A stretch of DNA of 64,000 nt from positions 62,001 to 126,000 of the forward strand of contig JAYWIR010000069.1 of NCBI GenBank assembly GCA_036172245.1, in the 5' to 3' direction. Numbering within the stretch: position 1 is the stretch's first letter; each line of letters starts with the position of its first letter. Below are positions 39,707 to 52,860 of this stretch, in pieces. The notes below the pieces were generated by a model. The model ran no database searches and was not told the DNA's origin. It saw only the letters and a program-made list of their open reading frames with translations. This DNA comes from Raillietiella orientalis (Eukaryota). Both the position numbers and the translations under genes were made by a program.

Positions 39707-39712
39707 AATAAA
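39707..39712 (+). promoter_or_regulatory. Candidate polyadenylation signal of the dpr gene
   Basis: AATAAA about 235 nt after the stop codon. Confidence 0.4.
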
Positions 39713-40599
39713 AGGAAGGGTCAGCTGCCCCGAGGCTGGAAAGAAAGAGGGGAGGGGGAAGAAAACGGAACGGCATGGGAGCGTGGCTTCAGGACAGCTC
39801 TCTGGCCGGAGCGCCGGCCAGGATGCGGGACGAACCCTCTCGAACCAGTCTCTCTCCCGGAAGCCGTCCCAGACCACTTCTGCAGCACCGGGCAGGGATG
39901 GAAGCGTCCGGGCTACCGAGGCGTCCTGCAGACGCGCCGAAGGGCGTTCCTCCCCACTCCAGGTGGAGAAAAAGAAAAAAAACCTTCCTCCGCTGCCATG
40001 ACAACATCCGGATCGACCGCGTCCGCTTCCCTCCCCCAGGAGCTTCGGGCTCGTGCTGTCGGGAGGACTCCCCCCAACCGTGCCGGGTCTCGTCGGCCGC
40101 AAGCCGCCGGTCTTGTTCGTCCGATGCCCCATGGACGAAGAAGGGGAGGCCTCGGAACGGGAATTGGAAGCGAGTAGGAAAAACGGATGTACCCCCCCAC
40201 CCCCCTTCGAGGGGGCTCCCGAGTTTTTCTAACTCCCGGAGAACCTCGGGATCCAAACGAGGACCCTGTCTCGTTCCTCCTTGGACGGGAAAGGGATGCA
40301 GGGTCCCGCGTTCCCGGTTTGAGAAAGTTATTTGGGCCCGCACCTTCACCGTGCCTGCTGCCTCCTTCGCTCGCGGAAGCGTCCATTCATCCCTCCGGAG
40401 CTCTCCGTCCTTTTCTCCTCCGATTGCTTCCGCACCCCTCGCGAGCGGCTCCCCGCGCGCTGCCCTCCCAGCTATCGAGCGACAGCGTCCAGCATCCCAG
40501 CAGAGCGGGCGCCATGGAAACGAGGACGGGGAGACAAAATGTAACCGAAGGGGGGCTCGGAGATCCGAACCTCCGTCTACTTCCCCCCTCGGCGAGGAA

Positions 40600-41650
40600 C
40601 CAGGGAGTGCGTGCGGTTGCCTTGGAGACGCCTCCAGGAAAGGCAGAGTTCTTCCCGGGATGTCCGCTCCGCCGGGAGACAAAATCCTGGAGACTCGGCA
40701 ATGCGCGGAAGTCCTTCCGGCTCCCATCAGGAGACGCCGGATGCTGGACCGAGAGTCGTTTGCCAGCAGGGAACCTTCCATTTCCTTCCAGGAAGACACG
40801 ACCCGCAACCGCGGGCTAGGGGAGACCAACAGCCGCCACCGTCGAGGGACGGGTTGGGGCAGCGGCGACCTGAGCGGTTCGAGGATGCGGATGCCTTCAA
40901 GGGGAGTGAGAGAGTGACCTCCGTCCAGCGGGATGACCAGGTCGTCTCCGCGAACCCCGCTGTTGGGGGCAACTGACTCCCTCTGCAGCAGTCTCAGGAT
41001 CCGAACCTCGGCAAGCGCCCTTGAAGGCTCTTGTCCGGGGAAATCGTCAGTCTCTGGAACCCTTCGGGACCTCGAGTCGTTCCCTCGGGGAGCGTCCTGT
41101 CCCAGATCGTATCTCGACCTGGGACAGGACTCTGATCCGCCCTCAGGGCCGCGTCTGAACAGGGAAGGAACCTCCTCTGTCGCGCCCCAGAGCTCAACAA
41201 ACTCGCTGGTGGAACGCTGGGGAACGCCCCGCCGAGCCGGTCGCCAGCAAAACGTGTCGAGAAGCATCCCTTCCTCTGGACCAGGATAAAGGGTGGCAGA
41301 TTTCCGTAGCCGTCCGCATCGATTCTCGAGGAGGAAGGGCAGGTGGATCTTGCGATCCGAACGGCGGAGAGCTCGTGCAAGGACACTTCCAGGGGCCGCC
41401 GCCTCGGGCTGCCGGTCCAGCAACGACCTCCGGTCAGTATCGGCGATCCGAAGTATCGCTACCTGTTGCATCGTCCTAGGCGACTGGCGTCCTCCTTGGA
41501 AACGCCTCGCATCCAGTCCGCCCAGGAGGCCTAGACCAAAAATGGTGCAAAAGGTCGTGTCCCTGTGACCTCGACTTGATTCCCCACCATCATCACCCAC
41601 TTTCATCCCCTGCAGAAGGTCTGACCATCCTTCCGCAGTTGACATGCACA
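40600..41650 (+). mobile_element. Probable degenerate LINE 5' region (ORF1 knuckle traces plus APE endonuclease); partial repeats at 42483-42543 and 43248-43420
   Basis: CIVLGDW...SPTFIP..RSDHPSAVD resembles APE motifs (ILGDFN, PTF...S.ID). DNA blocks are duplicated downstream. Confidence 0.35.
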
Positions 41651-42777
41651 TTGAGAAGCCGAGTTTAGCTCGAAAGCTGCGCAGGGGATGGTGATCCGCG
41701 AGTTCGGCACAGCGCAGAATCTTTCGGTTGTCAAGGCTGCCACTTGTCAGAGGAGAGGGAGGCGCAAACGGGGGAGAAGGAAAGGAGTTGAGACAGGGTG
41801 GAGGAAGGAATGGGGAAGCAACGTAGGAAGCTCCCGACTCTTCTCGGAATCCCGAGCTTTTTTTTCCTCCGGGGGGGCGACCTGGGAGCAACACTTTCGG
41901 CTCGAGCCGCTTCCCGACCAGCCCGTTAGCTGCTCAGCAGGATTCCAGCCTCCCCGCGGGCCGCCGGAAGAGGGAGAAACGAGCCGCGGAATCAATCCGA
42001 GGACCGCGAATCCTGGTCCCGCTTGCGGACATCGAGGGAAAGGACTTTCACTCGCTCTTCCGGCTCGTTCCTGGAACGACGACCGTTTCCTCCCGTGCCT
42101 TACGCAATTCCTATCCCTTTTCGCGCTCCTTTGCCTCTTTCCGGCGGGTGTGGGGACGGGTGTGTGGGGAGTGGGAGGGACGAGTATCCAGAAACATCTC
42201 ACGGAAGATGAGAATCGTCCTCCTCACCATCTCCTCGTCCCACCCAGGACAGCGCAGCAGGGTTTCCCCATTTCTCTCCGGTCTCCTATGCTCCTCCTCT
42301 CCTCACCTCCGATCCCGTGTGGTTGGGATGCGCTCGGAGAAGAGAACCGGGACCGCAGACCGCTCCCTCGGGATGCTTCCTGTACCAGGTCTAGCCCCTC
42401 AGCCCCCAGGGTCATTTCCGAACAGGAAGTGAACCTCAGTGCTCAGCGCTCAACACAGCCGTTGTGTGGGACGCGGGGCAGCGCCCCGCCGATTTGATCG
42501 CCAGGAAAACGTGTCGAGCAGCATCCCCTCCTCTGGACCAGGAAGAACGCGGCTCCTGGCAAGGGCTCGCTGTAAGAGCCGAGGACAAGCGACAACGGTG
42601 GCAAGGTGTGGAGCAGCGCAGGCGTGCAGCAGCGGTTGCCGAGGCAACCCCCGGCCTCCGCTGGGTCTATCGATCAGCTTCTCTCCTTCGTTTCTCTGAG
42701 GCTTGAAAGTCCATCAGGAGAGCTTCTGCATCTTTCCCGGGAAGCTGGAAACTCGTCATCTGGCTGCATCCCGCTGA

Positions 42778-43950
42778 AGGAGATTTACACCTTGGAAGCT
42801 CCACCCGGAAACGGATCCCGACGCTCTCCCCACGAGTCCCGATCTGTCCTGCTTCTCCATCCTCTCTGCTGCTGTCCTTTCCCTGAAGTGCGCGGGACAG
42901 CGGGCGCCGCCTCCCGTCTTTGGTCAGCCGCCACCCTCGCGGCAGGTCGGTGACTCCAGCGCCTCCGGGAGACCCGACCGTGCTTCCCGCTCCGAGAATT
43001 CTCTCTTCCCCAATCTCTCACCCAGGGGTTGTCATGTTTCTCCTCCCGGAAGGGACTTTGTCGTCGCATCCTCCTGATCCCAAGCGGGCGAGGCGTGGGT
43101 GGGGAGGTCTTTCTATTTTTCTTAAGATGGAGGAGAGCGTGACATCACGAGGGATCAGCTCGCGAGCTCCCTGGTTGCGAGGCGATGGCATCGGAGGCGG
43201 AGACTGCGGTCACTATAGGTCTTCCTGAAACGTCATCTCATGCGCGCCGTCCTAGGCGAGTGACGTCCTCCTTGGAAACGCCTCGCCCCCAGCCCGCCCA
43301 GAAGGTAGAGACCGTAAATCCTGGGGGAGGCCGCGCCTCCCCAGGATTTACACCCTGTCACCTCGAATCGATTCCTCCCCCTCTTCCATATCCAGATGGT
43401 AGTCGCACGCGACACGACCTGATGAGGATTCTAAATCGGATGACAGGGGATCTGGAGGATGCGATGGCCGAGTCTCCTGAGGGAGGCCGATATGGACCGG
43501 AGATGGTTGCAGGACCGGCAGTCCAAGGCCGTATTGCATCGATGGGGATCCTGTCTGGAATTCCACCACCTCCCCGCAGTCTCCGCCATCACGCTCTCCT
43601 CCATCTTAAGAAAAATAGAAAGATCTTCCCACCCACGCCTCGCTCGCTTTGGATCAGGATTCGACGACAAAGTCCCTTCCGGGAAGAGAAACATGACAAC
43701 CCCTGGGTGAGAGATCGGGGAAGAGAGAATTCTCGGAGCGGGAAGCACGGTCGGGTCTCCCGGAGGCGCTGGAGTCACCGACCTGCCGCGAGGGTGGCGG
43801 CTGACCAAAGACGGGAGGCGGCGCCCGCTGTCCCGCGCACTTCAGGGAAAGGACAGCAGCAGAGAGGATGGAGAAGCGGGACAGATCGGGACTCGCGGGG
43901 AGAGAGCCGGGATCCGTTTCCGGGTGGAGCTTCCAGGGTGTAAATCTCCT
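42778..43950. repeat. Closely spaced inverted repeat: arms 42778-43142 and 43589-43950
   Basis: About 365-bp arms are reverse complements with scattered substitutions and a 3-bp indel. Spacer 446 bp. Confidence 0.95.
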
Positions 43951-44939
43951 GCTCAAGCACGTACTGACACAGAGGAGAATTCCTGGCTGAGCGGAGTGGG
44001 AAATACATTAGGGGAAGAGGGAAAGACGGGGAAGAAGAAGGGAGGGAGGGGGAAGAAAACGATTTATGGTCTGGAATCAACAACAGGAAAGCTCTTGGTA
44101 TTGCCGGCTGCGAGGAGCTCCAAGGACGTCCTGCTAGAGCGACCGGAAGGACGCGTCTTGCTCTGGCAGTCAGCGCGCTTCCGGTTGATACTGTGGCGGG
44201 CTGTCACACGGGCTACGAGGTCGATCCTGTCCTCCTTCACCCCTTTCTGGAGAGTCTAGCGCCTTCCCGGTCCATCGTCCTGGAGCAAGCGCTTCTTTTT
44301 TCACAAGATGCTTCCCGGATAGCCCCGAGTCCTGCCGAGTCGGCGGAGCTGCCGGGTGCTGCGCGGGGCAGCTGACCTTGGATTCGCCGAAGTCAAAAGG
44401 GATGCTTGTCTACGCCCTCCCGGCAGGTGGTGGTTTCGGGCACTTTACCGCGTCCCCTTGCTGACCTTCCCTTCAGGGAAGACGGCCCGGTAGGACGACG
44501 CGATCAGAGATACAGGGGAGGATGCTATGTCCAAGCGCCTTGTTCGTCACCTTGATGCCTCAACTTTCCCTCTCATCTCCCGCTCTTCCTGTCTCAGAGA
44601 GGCTAGCTCTGATCCACCTCGGGTCTGGGAGCTCCGTAGGGCCTGGAGATAACCAGGAAGGAACTGCACCGCCCCACGTCAGGTGGCAAACAATTCAGCT
44701 TCCAGAATGCCTTATGATCTTTCTACCCTCGCTTTGCGTCACGAAGAGGCTGCAGCTGCAACTCAGGACCATGCGGGCAGGAAGATTGCTGGTCCGAGAA
44801 CCGGGACGCCCTGTCAGCCGTTCTTGAAGTCCTCTCCTTTAGTTCACTCTTCACGAATGATCTGCGACCGAAGACCAGGGCATCCTGACCAATGACCATG
44901 GCATCGTCCAGCATTCTTCACCACCACCCTCCAACCGAG

Positions 44940-45463
44940 GCCTCGGAGGAAGGAGTGTTTTCTTCTCATGCTTGGTAGGGAAATCCCGAAGAAAACCTCT
45001 TCCTTGTTTCCTCCGGATGGACTTCCCGGAAGAAGTCACTCCTCATTACTTCTTCTCCGGAGGGAGCTCTCAAGGAAACCGCTCCTGGTTTCCTCCTCTG
45101 AAGAGAACCCCGAAGGGACGCTTCCCGATTTCTCCGAAGGGAGCCTTCCTTCAGCGAGTAGCGCGCACTTCACACTCAGGAGAGGTATCAATCCACCAGC
45201 TCCGTGGTACTCGATAGAGGATCCCTCCTCTCCGAGGGGGAAATGGATCCATCTTCGCAACCGATCCGTGGAAGGACCCCGAAGGACCAATCAACGGCTT
45301 TGACCCATGCCGCACCCGAAGCCTACAAGGCCAACCAGCATCATCTGGTGGGAGGGGACTCGAAACCCACGACGCATCCATTCCTCAGCGTTGATCCTTC
45401 CCCCGGGCGGGAACCCTCGACGCTCGGTGCCACGAGCCGAGACCGCAGCCGCGCGGCCTCCGA
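44940..45463 (-). mobile_element. tRNA-derived SINE copy that extends beyond the duplication boundary
   Basis: Reverse complement of 4371-4846, plus continuation ACCAAGCATGAG...ACTCCTT matching 23828-23855 and 60329-60355. Confidence 0.6.
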
Positions 45464-46479
45464 TGCGGGACACCAGGATTGCTCCAGTTATCCTCCTGAG
45501 AACGTTATTCCTATTTGTGCTCCGCAGAGGATGTGCTGCAGAATGACTAGGGCATCCTTCACCCTCTTCCCCGACCACCCTCCAGCCGAGGCTGCGGTCT
45601 CACGAACCGATATCCGCAGACCCCGTTGTTTCAACCCTCGAGCGGGGAGGCCACGCTAGAGCGCGCGCGATTTCCTCCTTGCCGACTCCATCTCCATCCG
45701 TCGCTTACGAAACTTCAGATCTCTGGGAACTTCGATGACCTCTCCGAAGGATGCTGCGACTTCCTTATCGGCGACACAGAGAGTCAATCCCGTGCGTTTC
45801 TCTCTCTTCTCTCCCTCTTGCACGCTCCGGTGCCTCAGTGCAAGACTCATATGGGTAGGAAGGGGCGCTCTCCCGACCGCTTCTTCCTCGTCACCTCGTA
45901 TCCAGTCGCTCCTGGGGAGAGCTGGTCGAAGGAGGAGCCCACTGGCTCGCACTTTCGCGCGCGGTCCCCTCGATCGCCGTCGTCGTGCCTCTCGACTACG
46001 ATCTTCCCGTTCTGGATGCTGAGGAACTGCACGAGTGGCCATGCCCTACACCGCTCATCTTGCGCGCGACTGGTCGATGGCGGTTTCTGGTGGGCGCTGC
46101 TCGTACAAGAATGGAAAACCGGGCCGCGCGGGGTGAACGCAACGTCGGGAAGTCTGGATCTTCGACGTGCTGAAGAGGAAGTGCGCTGTTATGCAATGCC
46201 GTTCTTCGCAGGATCGTGGTCTTCCTCTGGTCCGGGAGCTTTCCGACGAGGGAGCTCGTTCCTGCGCATGCGCCTGTGTCCAGGCCGGAGGCGCTTTCCT
46301 TCCTCGCGTATCATCCCGGGCCGATCTCCCCTCCTCATCCTGGCTCTGTCGGACTCTGCATCTCCCCGACGTCCAAACGTTCCTGACATGAGGATGCTCG
46401 AATTAGAATTGCGTCAGCGACTGAATTCTCGATTTCGCATCTTCAGTTTGGTTTATCAACGGCGCGCAAGCAGGGGGCG
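44978..46479. repeat. 1.5-kb inverted duplication, copy 2 (partner 3355-4846)
   Basis: Reverse complement of 3355-4846. Confidence 0.97.
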
Positions 46480-47200
46480 TCCCTGATGGCGTTGTCGAGT
46501 CCACCAAATTCATTCTTAGTGATTCATCCTTTTCCAACACGAAACTTACAAAAACAGCTTCTGTCTGTGGTGCAAGTTGCTTGTTATTTTTGTCCACGGC
46601 ATGCTTGGAGAGAATTGCGGAAATCTGGGTACTGTCGGATGGAGGACTCTTTAAGGAGGAATCGTCCGCCTCCTCAAATCGACACGGTGGAGGAAGACAC
46701 ACCTTCGTGCGATTCGCACACATGCCGTCGTCTGCTGCCCTTCTTGTTGACTCAGGAATCTTGGAAACCGTCTTGCAGCATGCTTAACAAGACGCAACCA
46801 ATCTGCTTCTCCCGACGGCCAGGAGTTCGCTGTCTTGGAGGACGGGAAAGAGACATTCACTTGAGACGATCCACTGTTCAATCTGGTCATCGCTTTGGTT
46901 TGGATTTGTTGTCTGGTGGGTGCAGATAAGAACCAACTTCTGGACAAGGCAGTCGCCCTGGGTGTCTACACGCATCGCTGTAGCCAGGTATCAGGATGTT
47001 TTGTTTCCGAATCGGGAAAGGGATTTTCACGATCCCCCTCAGATGAAGTTGGGGATTTACTCTGCAATGTTGGATTTCAAGTGCCTCTAGCGAATCATCC
47101 GCTTTCCACATCCTTCTCTACTTGTTTGGTCGAGACGCTCTTTCATCCCTTTATTTCGGGGTGCGTTGCAGCTGCTGGAGCTTCTGAAGGCTGGCAGCTC
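46480..47200 (+). mobile_element. Possible C-terminal part of an RLE non-LTR element
   Basis: SSASSNRHGGGRHTFVRFAHM resembles the S.HF..G..TRFADW block; RFGLDLL and PFISG are weak RLE-like traces. Confidence 0.3.
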
Positions 47201-48469
47201 AATGGGAGAGGAACTTCCCATCACCACCGTCCGGAATTTATCCTCTTCTTGCGCCAGGTGCGACGCGGAAAGTTCACACCCAATTCCCAGGAATTGGATG
47301 GAAGAGGGCACAAGAGTCTCACATACCGCTGCTCCTCAATCGCAACAGCCAGTCCTTCCGATTCAGCCACCTCTCTCTTTTTCAGCAAATTGTGGTCTCT
47401 TCTGCTCCCGTCCTCCCTGGCAACCACCTGCTTGTGATAAAAGGAGAGGCTGTAGGCAGCACGGTAAGAGGGATCTTTCTTGTGCTCTGCAGGGACTCTG
47501 GAAGACAAGCAGTAGACACGTCTTGGAGTTTTTTTTTTCCTGCGCGGTAGTAGGCCGTAGAGGACAGGACGGGAGACAAAACTGTATTTCAGCAGAAAAA
47601 CGGACCGCTGTCTTGCTACTAGCAGGATGGTTGCCATGGAAGTCGGAATCCGCTAAGGAATGTCGGAAACGACTCACCAGCCGAGGCAACCGGCTCTGAA
47701 AGTGTCTGGTACTGAAGCGTCGAACCTGCACCCGACAGCCAGGACCGAGCCCTCCGGACGCGTTCCGGAGGACGGCAGGTTCCGGCGAGTAAGAGGGTCG
47801 CGACGGTGCGCGCTGAACGGTTGGACGCAAGGTCGCCTGGAGCCGAAGTCGGCAGCGCAGATCTGAATGGTAGCAGCAAATACTTCAGTGAGATCCTGGA
47901 GTTCTGATATGGAGGAGGGTTCCATGACAGTCTTTGAGCACGGTCCCCAGTCAATCCTAAGTTCCCGGACCTCCTATCAACAGTCCCAGATCTGATGTCC
48001 GAATAAACGCTCTCAGCGGAGCTTGAAAACCCGAAAAAAGTGGATTTGCGCCGGTGCTTTCTCAGGATGACTTGGAACCTTGCGTGGCCCTATGCTGTAA
48101 CCAACAGGCACGCCCTTGTTCCTTCGTTCTCATCCGTTCCACTTGAGCAAGAGGGATGGTGGGCAATTTCTGAGACCGATTCTACATTCTGAAGAACGGC
48201 AATCCTTTCGTGAGGTTCATTTCGCAAACTGACCTTCCGAGGAGACCAGGCCGTGTGAGTGACCCTGTCGCTCTTACGAGTCACGCTGGGGTAAGGGAAC
48301 GTTGAACGACGGAGTCCTGCCTCACCTTGCTATGGACTTTGAAGATCTTTTCCTTGGTACTGCCGAGGAAATTCTTAGATCGCGCGAACCCCAATCAGCA
48401 AACAGAAGCAGAACTAAGCTAAAACTCCGAACGTAAACCTCTCAGTGGATGCGCGGCTAACCACTGCCA

Positions 48470-49188
48470 TCGCTCGTGGCTGTGAGCTGCTCCACCAAGA
48501 TCGCAAGAGTGACCCTGCACTTTCCAAAGCGCGCTGAAGGACAACTGGGTGCCCTCCCCCTGAAATGACAGGACACTTCTGCTGTTGCGCTGGGGTATCC
48601 TGTGCAACTCCTGCCCTTCTCACTGGGCCCAGAGGAGTGTGGACCCCAACTCTTACAGATGCAGGGAACGGGAATCCCTTTTGCACCTGCTTGTAGACTG
48701 TGTTGTCCTCTGACCCCTGTGGTCACATTGTGCAACAGCCCTTGGTGCACCGACGGGCAATCCCAGGGACGTGATGAAGCGCGCCTCTTCGTGCGCGATG
48801 CTCTTTCTCCCACCGCACCCCAGCAGTTCTTTGCTGCCTGCACGGGATTGTGGAGGTACGCGAGAGGAGGACGGCACGGTAGGGATACCATCTGCTTCGC
48901 CCTGAGCTTCCTGAGAACGTCAGCAAGATGGCCCCACCTGGGGCATACTCGGATGGAACTTGCCGGGCATCCTGGAATGCAAAGGATTCCCTCCAGCGGA
49001 CAGTGATCCCTTCCGATGCCCCTTAGGTTTTTTTCATTATTAATTTTTATTTATTATTATGTTTGTTTGACCCTCCGTTGCCGAGACGGACCTCGCTGGC
49101 ATGCCGGTTATTCGGAAGGTTCCGAATATTTTCGGACGATGTACGGCCGATGGCTCTACACATGTATGTTTATTATGTTTATAATAAA
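48470..49188 (+). mobile_element. L1/Tx1-like LINE 3' fragment
   Basis: RLFVRDALSP...LSFLRTSARWPHLG is homologous to 55703-56200. T-rich UTR, AATAAA at 49183. Confidence 0.75.
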
Positions 49189-50299
49189 CGCTCCGGCATT
49201 AAAAGGTGTTAAACCAAAGCGTGCATCGCCTTGAGCACGCTGACCACCAGTTCGCCTTTGCGGGTCCGAGCGGGTCTCTTAGAAACCGCTTCGTGTCCGT
49301 GGAAGCAGGCATTTGATTGAACCTGTAGGTTCGTGAACTTCCCGCTTGTGGAGGTCTTCGTAGCGCTCACTGGTGTTGCAACGAAAGGTCAAGTCTCAAG
49401 GTCAGAGAGACTATCCATGTTTTCTACACCCGACCGTCAAGGAAGGATGCAGAAGACTCGACTGACATAAGGAAAGGATCCATGATCCTCGCGTCAAGGA
49501 GTCCTCCCCGGTCAAGACCACGAGTTGGATTTACAAGCTGGAAGCCCTCCGCTCTGACCACCAGAGACATTCAGAGATCCTATGATCTTGGAGCTGTGCT
49601 CCAGGTGTTTCAGAGTAGTACCTTCCTGGTATCCGAACCCCGTCCATTTCAAAAGGTCTCTCGACAGCTTATCCCGGTGCAGAGAAGGTGAGTACGTGGG
49701 CCCCAGTCTTCTGGGACGAGTCCGGGGGAGATCGTCCCCTCATGCGCGCGTGCTGCGTCCTTCAGGAGGCAAACGTAAGTCCCACCCTGTGCTCTGAATC
49801 ATCCCTCCTTCTCTCTGTCCTCTCCCGGGAAACCTGAGGCACAGTTTGCGCGAACGTTCCCGCTGCGGTGGAGCTACGCTGACTATACGCTACACGCCCA
49901 CAAGATGGCCATCGGCGAACCGACGACTTTGAACGAGCACGCATTCGGAACGGAAGCCTTGCAGAGCCGGAGGCTAGGAAACGGCGGCGGCGGACACAAC
50001 ACACAGACTGCACACCCCTGTGTCGTTTGCAAGAGAAAAACCCAGCAAGGCTTAGGCGCTTCTCCCTCTCTCGATCTCGTGAAGGCTCCTCGGGGAGCAG
50101 GGAGAATGGCACTGTCGCTACGCTTTAGAGGGATTCACACGTGAGGCGGCGGGAGAGTGGAATCTCATTGGTTACCCCAGAAACTGCAAGTAAGGTCTCT
50201 ATGTCTCGGTTGAGATCTTCGGCTGCAGCATCTACAGGCAGTGACCCCTTTCCGCCGCTTTTGCTCCGCCCTTATCTTTTGCATGCCGTCGGCGACAAC

Positions 50300-51590
50300 C
50301 TGTGGATGTGACGTCACAGCGAGAAGGTGTCGAGTCACTCTGTTGGTTCGCCATTGACGCTTTCTCATGGTTCAGCAGCCCTTCTCAGCACATGAGGGTG
50401 GCATCCTTCTACAGGGTGAGGTGTGCGAGACGACTGTATAAGGCGAGAAATCCGGAATTTGCGGAAGAAACAAACACTTTAGGAATTTGTGGAAGGAACA
50501 AACGCATCATCCCTGCTCGAGGTCATCACTGGGATCGTGGCGCACCAGCTGCGTCACGTTCTCTTTACAGAAGACGGATCGTGGATTACGGACAGCAGAT
50601 CTGTGGTCGGATGGCAGAATGGAAAATTCTGAGGGGGCCATCTGGTTTACAGCCTGCCACAGATGTAATCAGAATTGTCAGATCTGGCTCCATCGCATGG
50701 CTCCATTATAATTCATCGCGTAAGGAGAGCAACTCTTTCTTCAACACCTTTGGAATCCAGCATCCTTAGGTGTTTAAGATCCACTGAAAACTTCCACCAT
50801 CCCTTGGAAGATGATAGATAATGGAGTGACCTGGATATCTCAAATAGCAGCGGTGGGACCCTGGAAAAGAGTAGCCGGGACTCCCGACTCGGTCGAGTTG
50901 CCTCTCTCCGCACTTGGGTAGAAGAACCTCCCCGGATGGGGGCGTCCTCCGCCCTGCAATACGTGCCGCAAAGCTGTGTGAGGTCACACAATTAGTGCCT
51001 TCCTCAAGGAAGGTCTGCTAATCCCTTGGGACTTCTGGGTTGCATGCGAAGGCTTGAAAGTCGTGATGGTGACCTCGTGAAACCAGAAGAACGCGCGTGT
51101 CGGTGCTGCTGGATGGAAGACGAAACGCTGCTTCACATATTGAGCAGATGTAGGAGGCATTTCATGTCCATTGCGCGACACGACTCGATTCAAGAGATGA
51201 TCATTAAGGTCGCAGTGGATGAACAGAAATGGACCCTAGTGTCCACTAACCAGAGAGCACCAGCAACGAACTCCCTCTTAAAACTGGACTTCATGATGGA
51301 AAAAGGGAACCGGTTCATAGTGTTAGACGTCTGCTGCCTGTTCGAGGGTGTAAGAGATGCGTTCAGGGAAGCTAGGAGAAGGAAACAGGAAGAGTACGAG
51401 GAAGTCGCTCTCCAGCTGGGAAAAAAGAGGAAGCAATGCAGGGTGTATGCTCTCAGCATTGGCTCTCTGGGAGCCTGGGATCCAGGGAAGTAGGACCTTG
51501 GTAATTTCTAAGGAGCACTTGAAGATGAGGCACTGGATGGTGGCTTAGTGCATCCGGTACTCCAGAGACATGCATGCAATCTACGTCAGA
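50300..51590 (+). mobile_element. NeSL/Utopia/R2-superclade RLE non-LTR remnant; ORF 51026-51493 encodes CCHC knuckle plus restriction-like endonuclease
   Basis: CRCC...ETLLHILSRC, ARHDSI, LKLDF, IVLDVCCLFE, K...Y, IGSLGAWDP form the full RLE motif set. Upstream WSDLDISN is RT3-like. Confidence 0.85.
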
Positions 51591-51754
51591 TGAAGGACTG
51601 ACAAACAGATGCAGCCGGGGAACCCCAGCGGTTAGCTATCGCGAGACGAAGAACAGGAAGCCGAGGAAGGGACATACTGAGGGACAATGAGTGCCCCAGA
51701 TGAACAGAGGCAGAATTCAGGAAGAATGTCAGGAGCACTTCCCGTAACATGTTA

Positions 51755-52860
51755 TTTAATTATAAATCAAAATAATAAAAATGTGACCTCTTGCGCACAA
51801 TTCGGAGTGGACACATCGAAAATTCATCCCTAGCCATGGCATCGAGCCCTGTGGAAACACCCAAAGCCTTCAAAGCTAGCCGGTTAAGATGCCGAAGATC
51901 CGAGCGAACTCGACGCAACCCAGCTTGAATTCGAAGCGGACGTGCAAGGGAGCCACGGTGTCCTGAGGATTCGCATCTGCTGCGAGAGGGTGCGGCGGAC
52001 CGACAGAAAGACCTGTGGCGTGTGGTGGACGTACTGCATGACAGCGAACAAAGAGCACAGTTTGGGTCCACGCACCCCCCTGTGAAGTGATGCCGGCGGG
52101 CGTTGCATGGGAGTCCCCAATGCAGCAGCATCAATGCCGACTCCTGCAACTTTAAGGGAAGCGTGAGGGTGTTCATGAGCACCGGGGCCACTGCAGGTCT
52201 TACTCTGGGACAACTAGCAGCACGAACCAACGCAAAAGTCCATGAAGTAGAGCAATCGGGGTCACAGCGTTGGTGAGCTGACCCGTGGTCCATTTGCTCA
52301 GTCTTTCCACCTTCCCGAGATTTCCGCAGTAACCACCCATCTAGAAGCAAGACTGCTGCCCATGTGTTCCCTGAGAGGGAGCAGAGCGGCTGTGAGGGAG
52401 GTTCTGCTTGCCCATGCACTTTCGCGGGATCTTCCAGGATCTCCCGGAGCATGCAGTTGTTGTTACGCGCGCACAGGAAACGTCGCACCTCTTTCGCGCT
52501 TGGTTCCTGGGTCCTCTTTCACGAGCGGACGGTTCCCTGCAACCAGGCGCTACCGTTCGCGGGACGGCACGAGATCCATGCGTTTTTCCTCGCCAGCGTA
52601 CCACCTGCCGAAGGTGCAGGCCGCCGTGGATGAACTGCGTGGAGGGAGCGAAAGGATAGGCGCGAGTCCCACGCTGCCGGTGGCTTGCTGGACGAGATGT
52701 GCAGGTCGGCTCCAGGTGGTGTTCCAGAGGTTTGTCACAAGGGCGAATGTTCGAAATTGGGGCTGCAGCTCCATTCGTTTCAGCTCAGGGAGGACCCTAG
52801 GCCGCCGTCTCGGCGCGGAGCACACAAGTCCTTCAGGCGTCTAGGGGCCTCCATTGGTCC
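51755..52860 (-). mobile_element. L1/Tx1-like LINE 3' fragment
   Basis: LPLKLQESALMLLHWGLPCNARRHHFTGGCVDPNCALC (zf-RVT-like). Confidence 0.8.

Noticed and set aside
39789..41894. 701-aa minus-strand ORF and the overlapping 380-aa plus-strand ORF
   Set aside because: No recognisable domain and Arg/Gly/Pro/Ser-rich composition typical of GC-rich non-coding frames. It overlaps a probable decayed LINE on the other strand.
3355..46479. Giant 43-kb transposon with 1.5-kb TIRs (Maverick/foldback-like)
   Set aside because: No TSD and no polymerase, integrase or intact transposase genes. The repeat includes a truncated SINE, which fits a rearrangement better.
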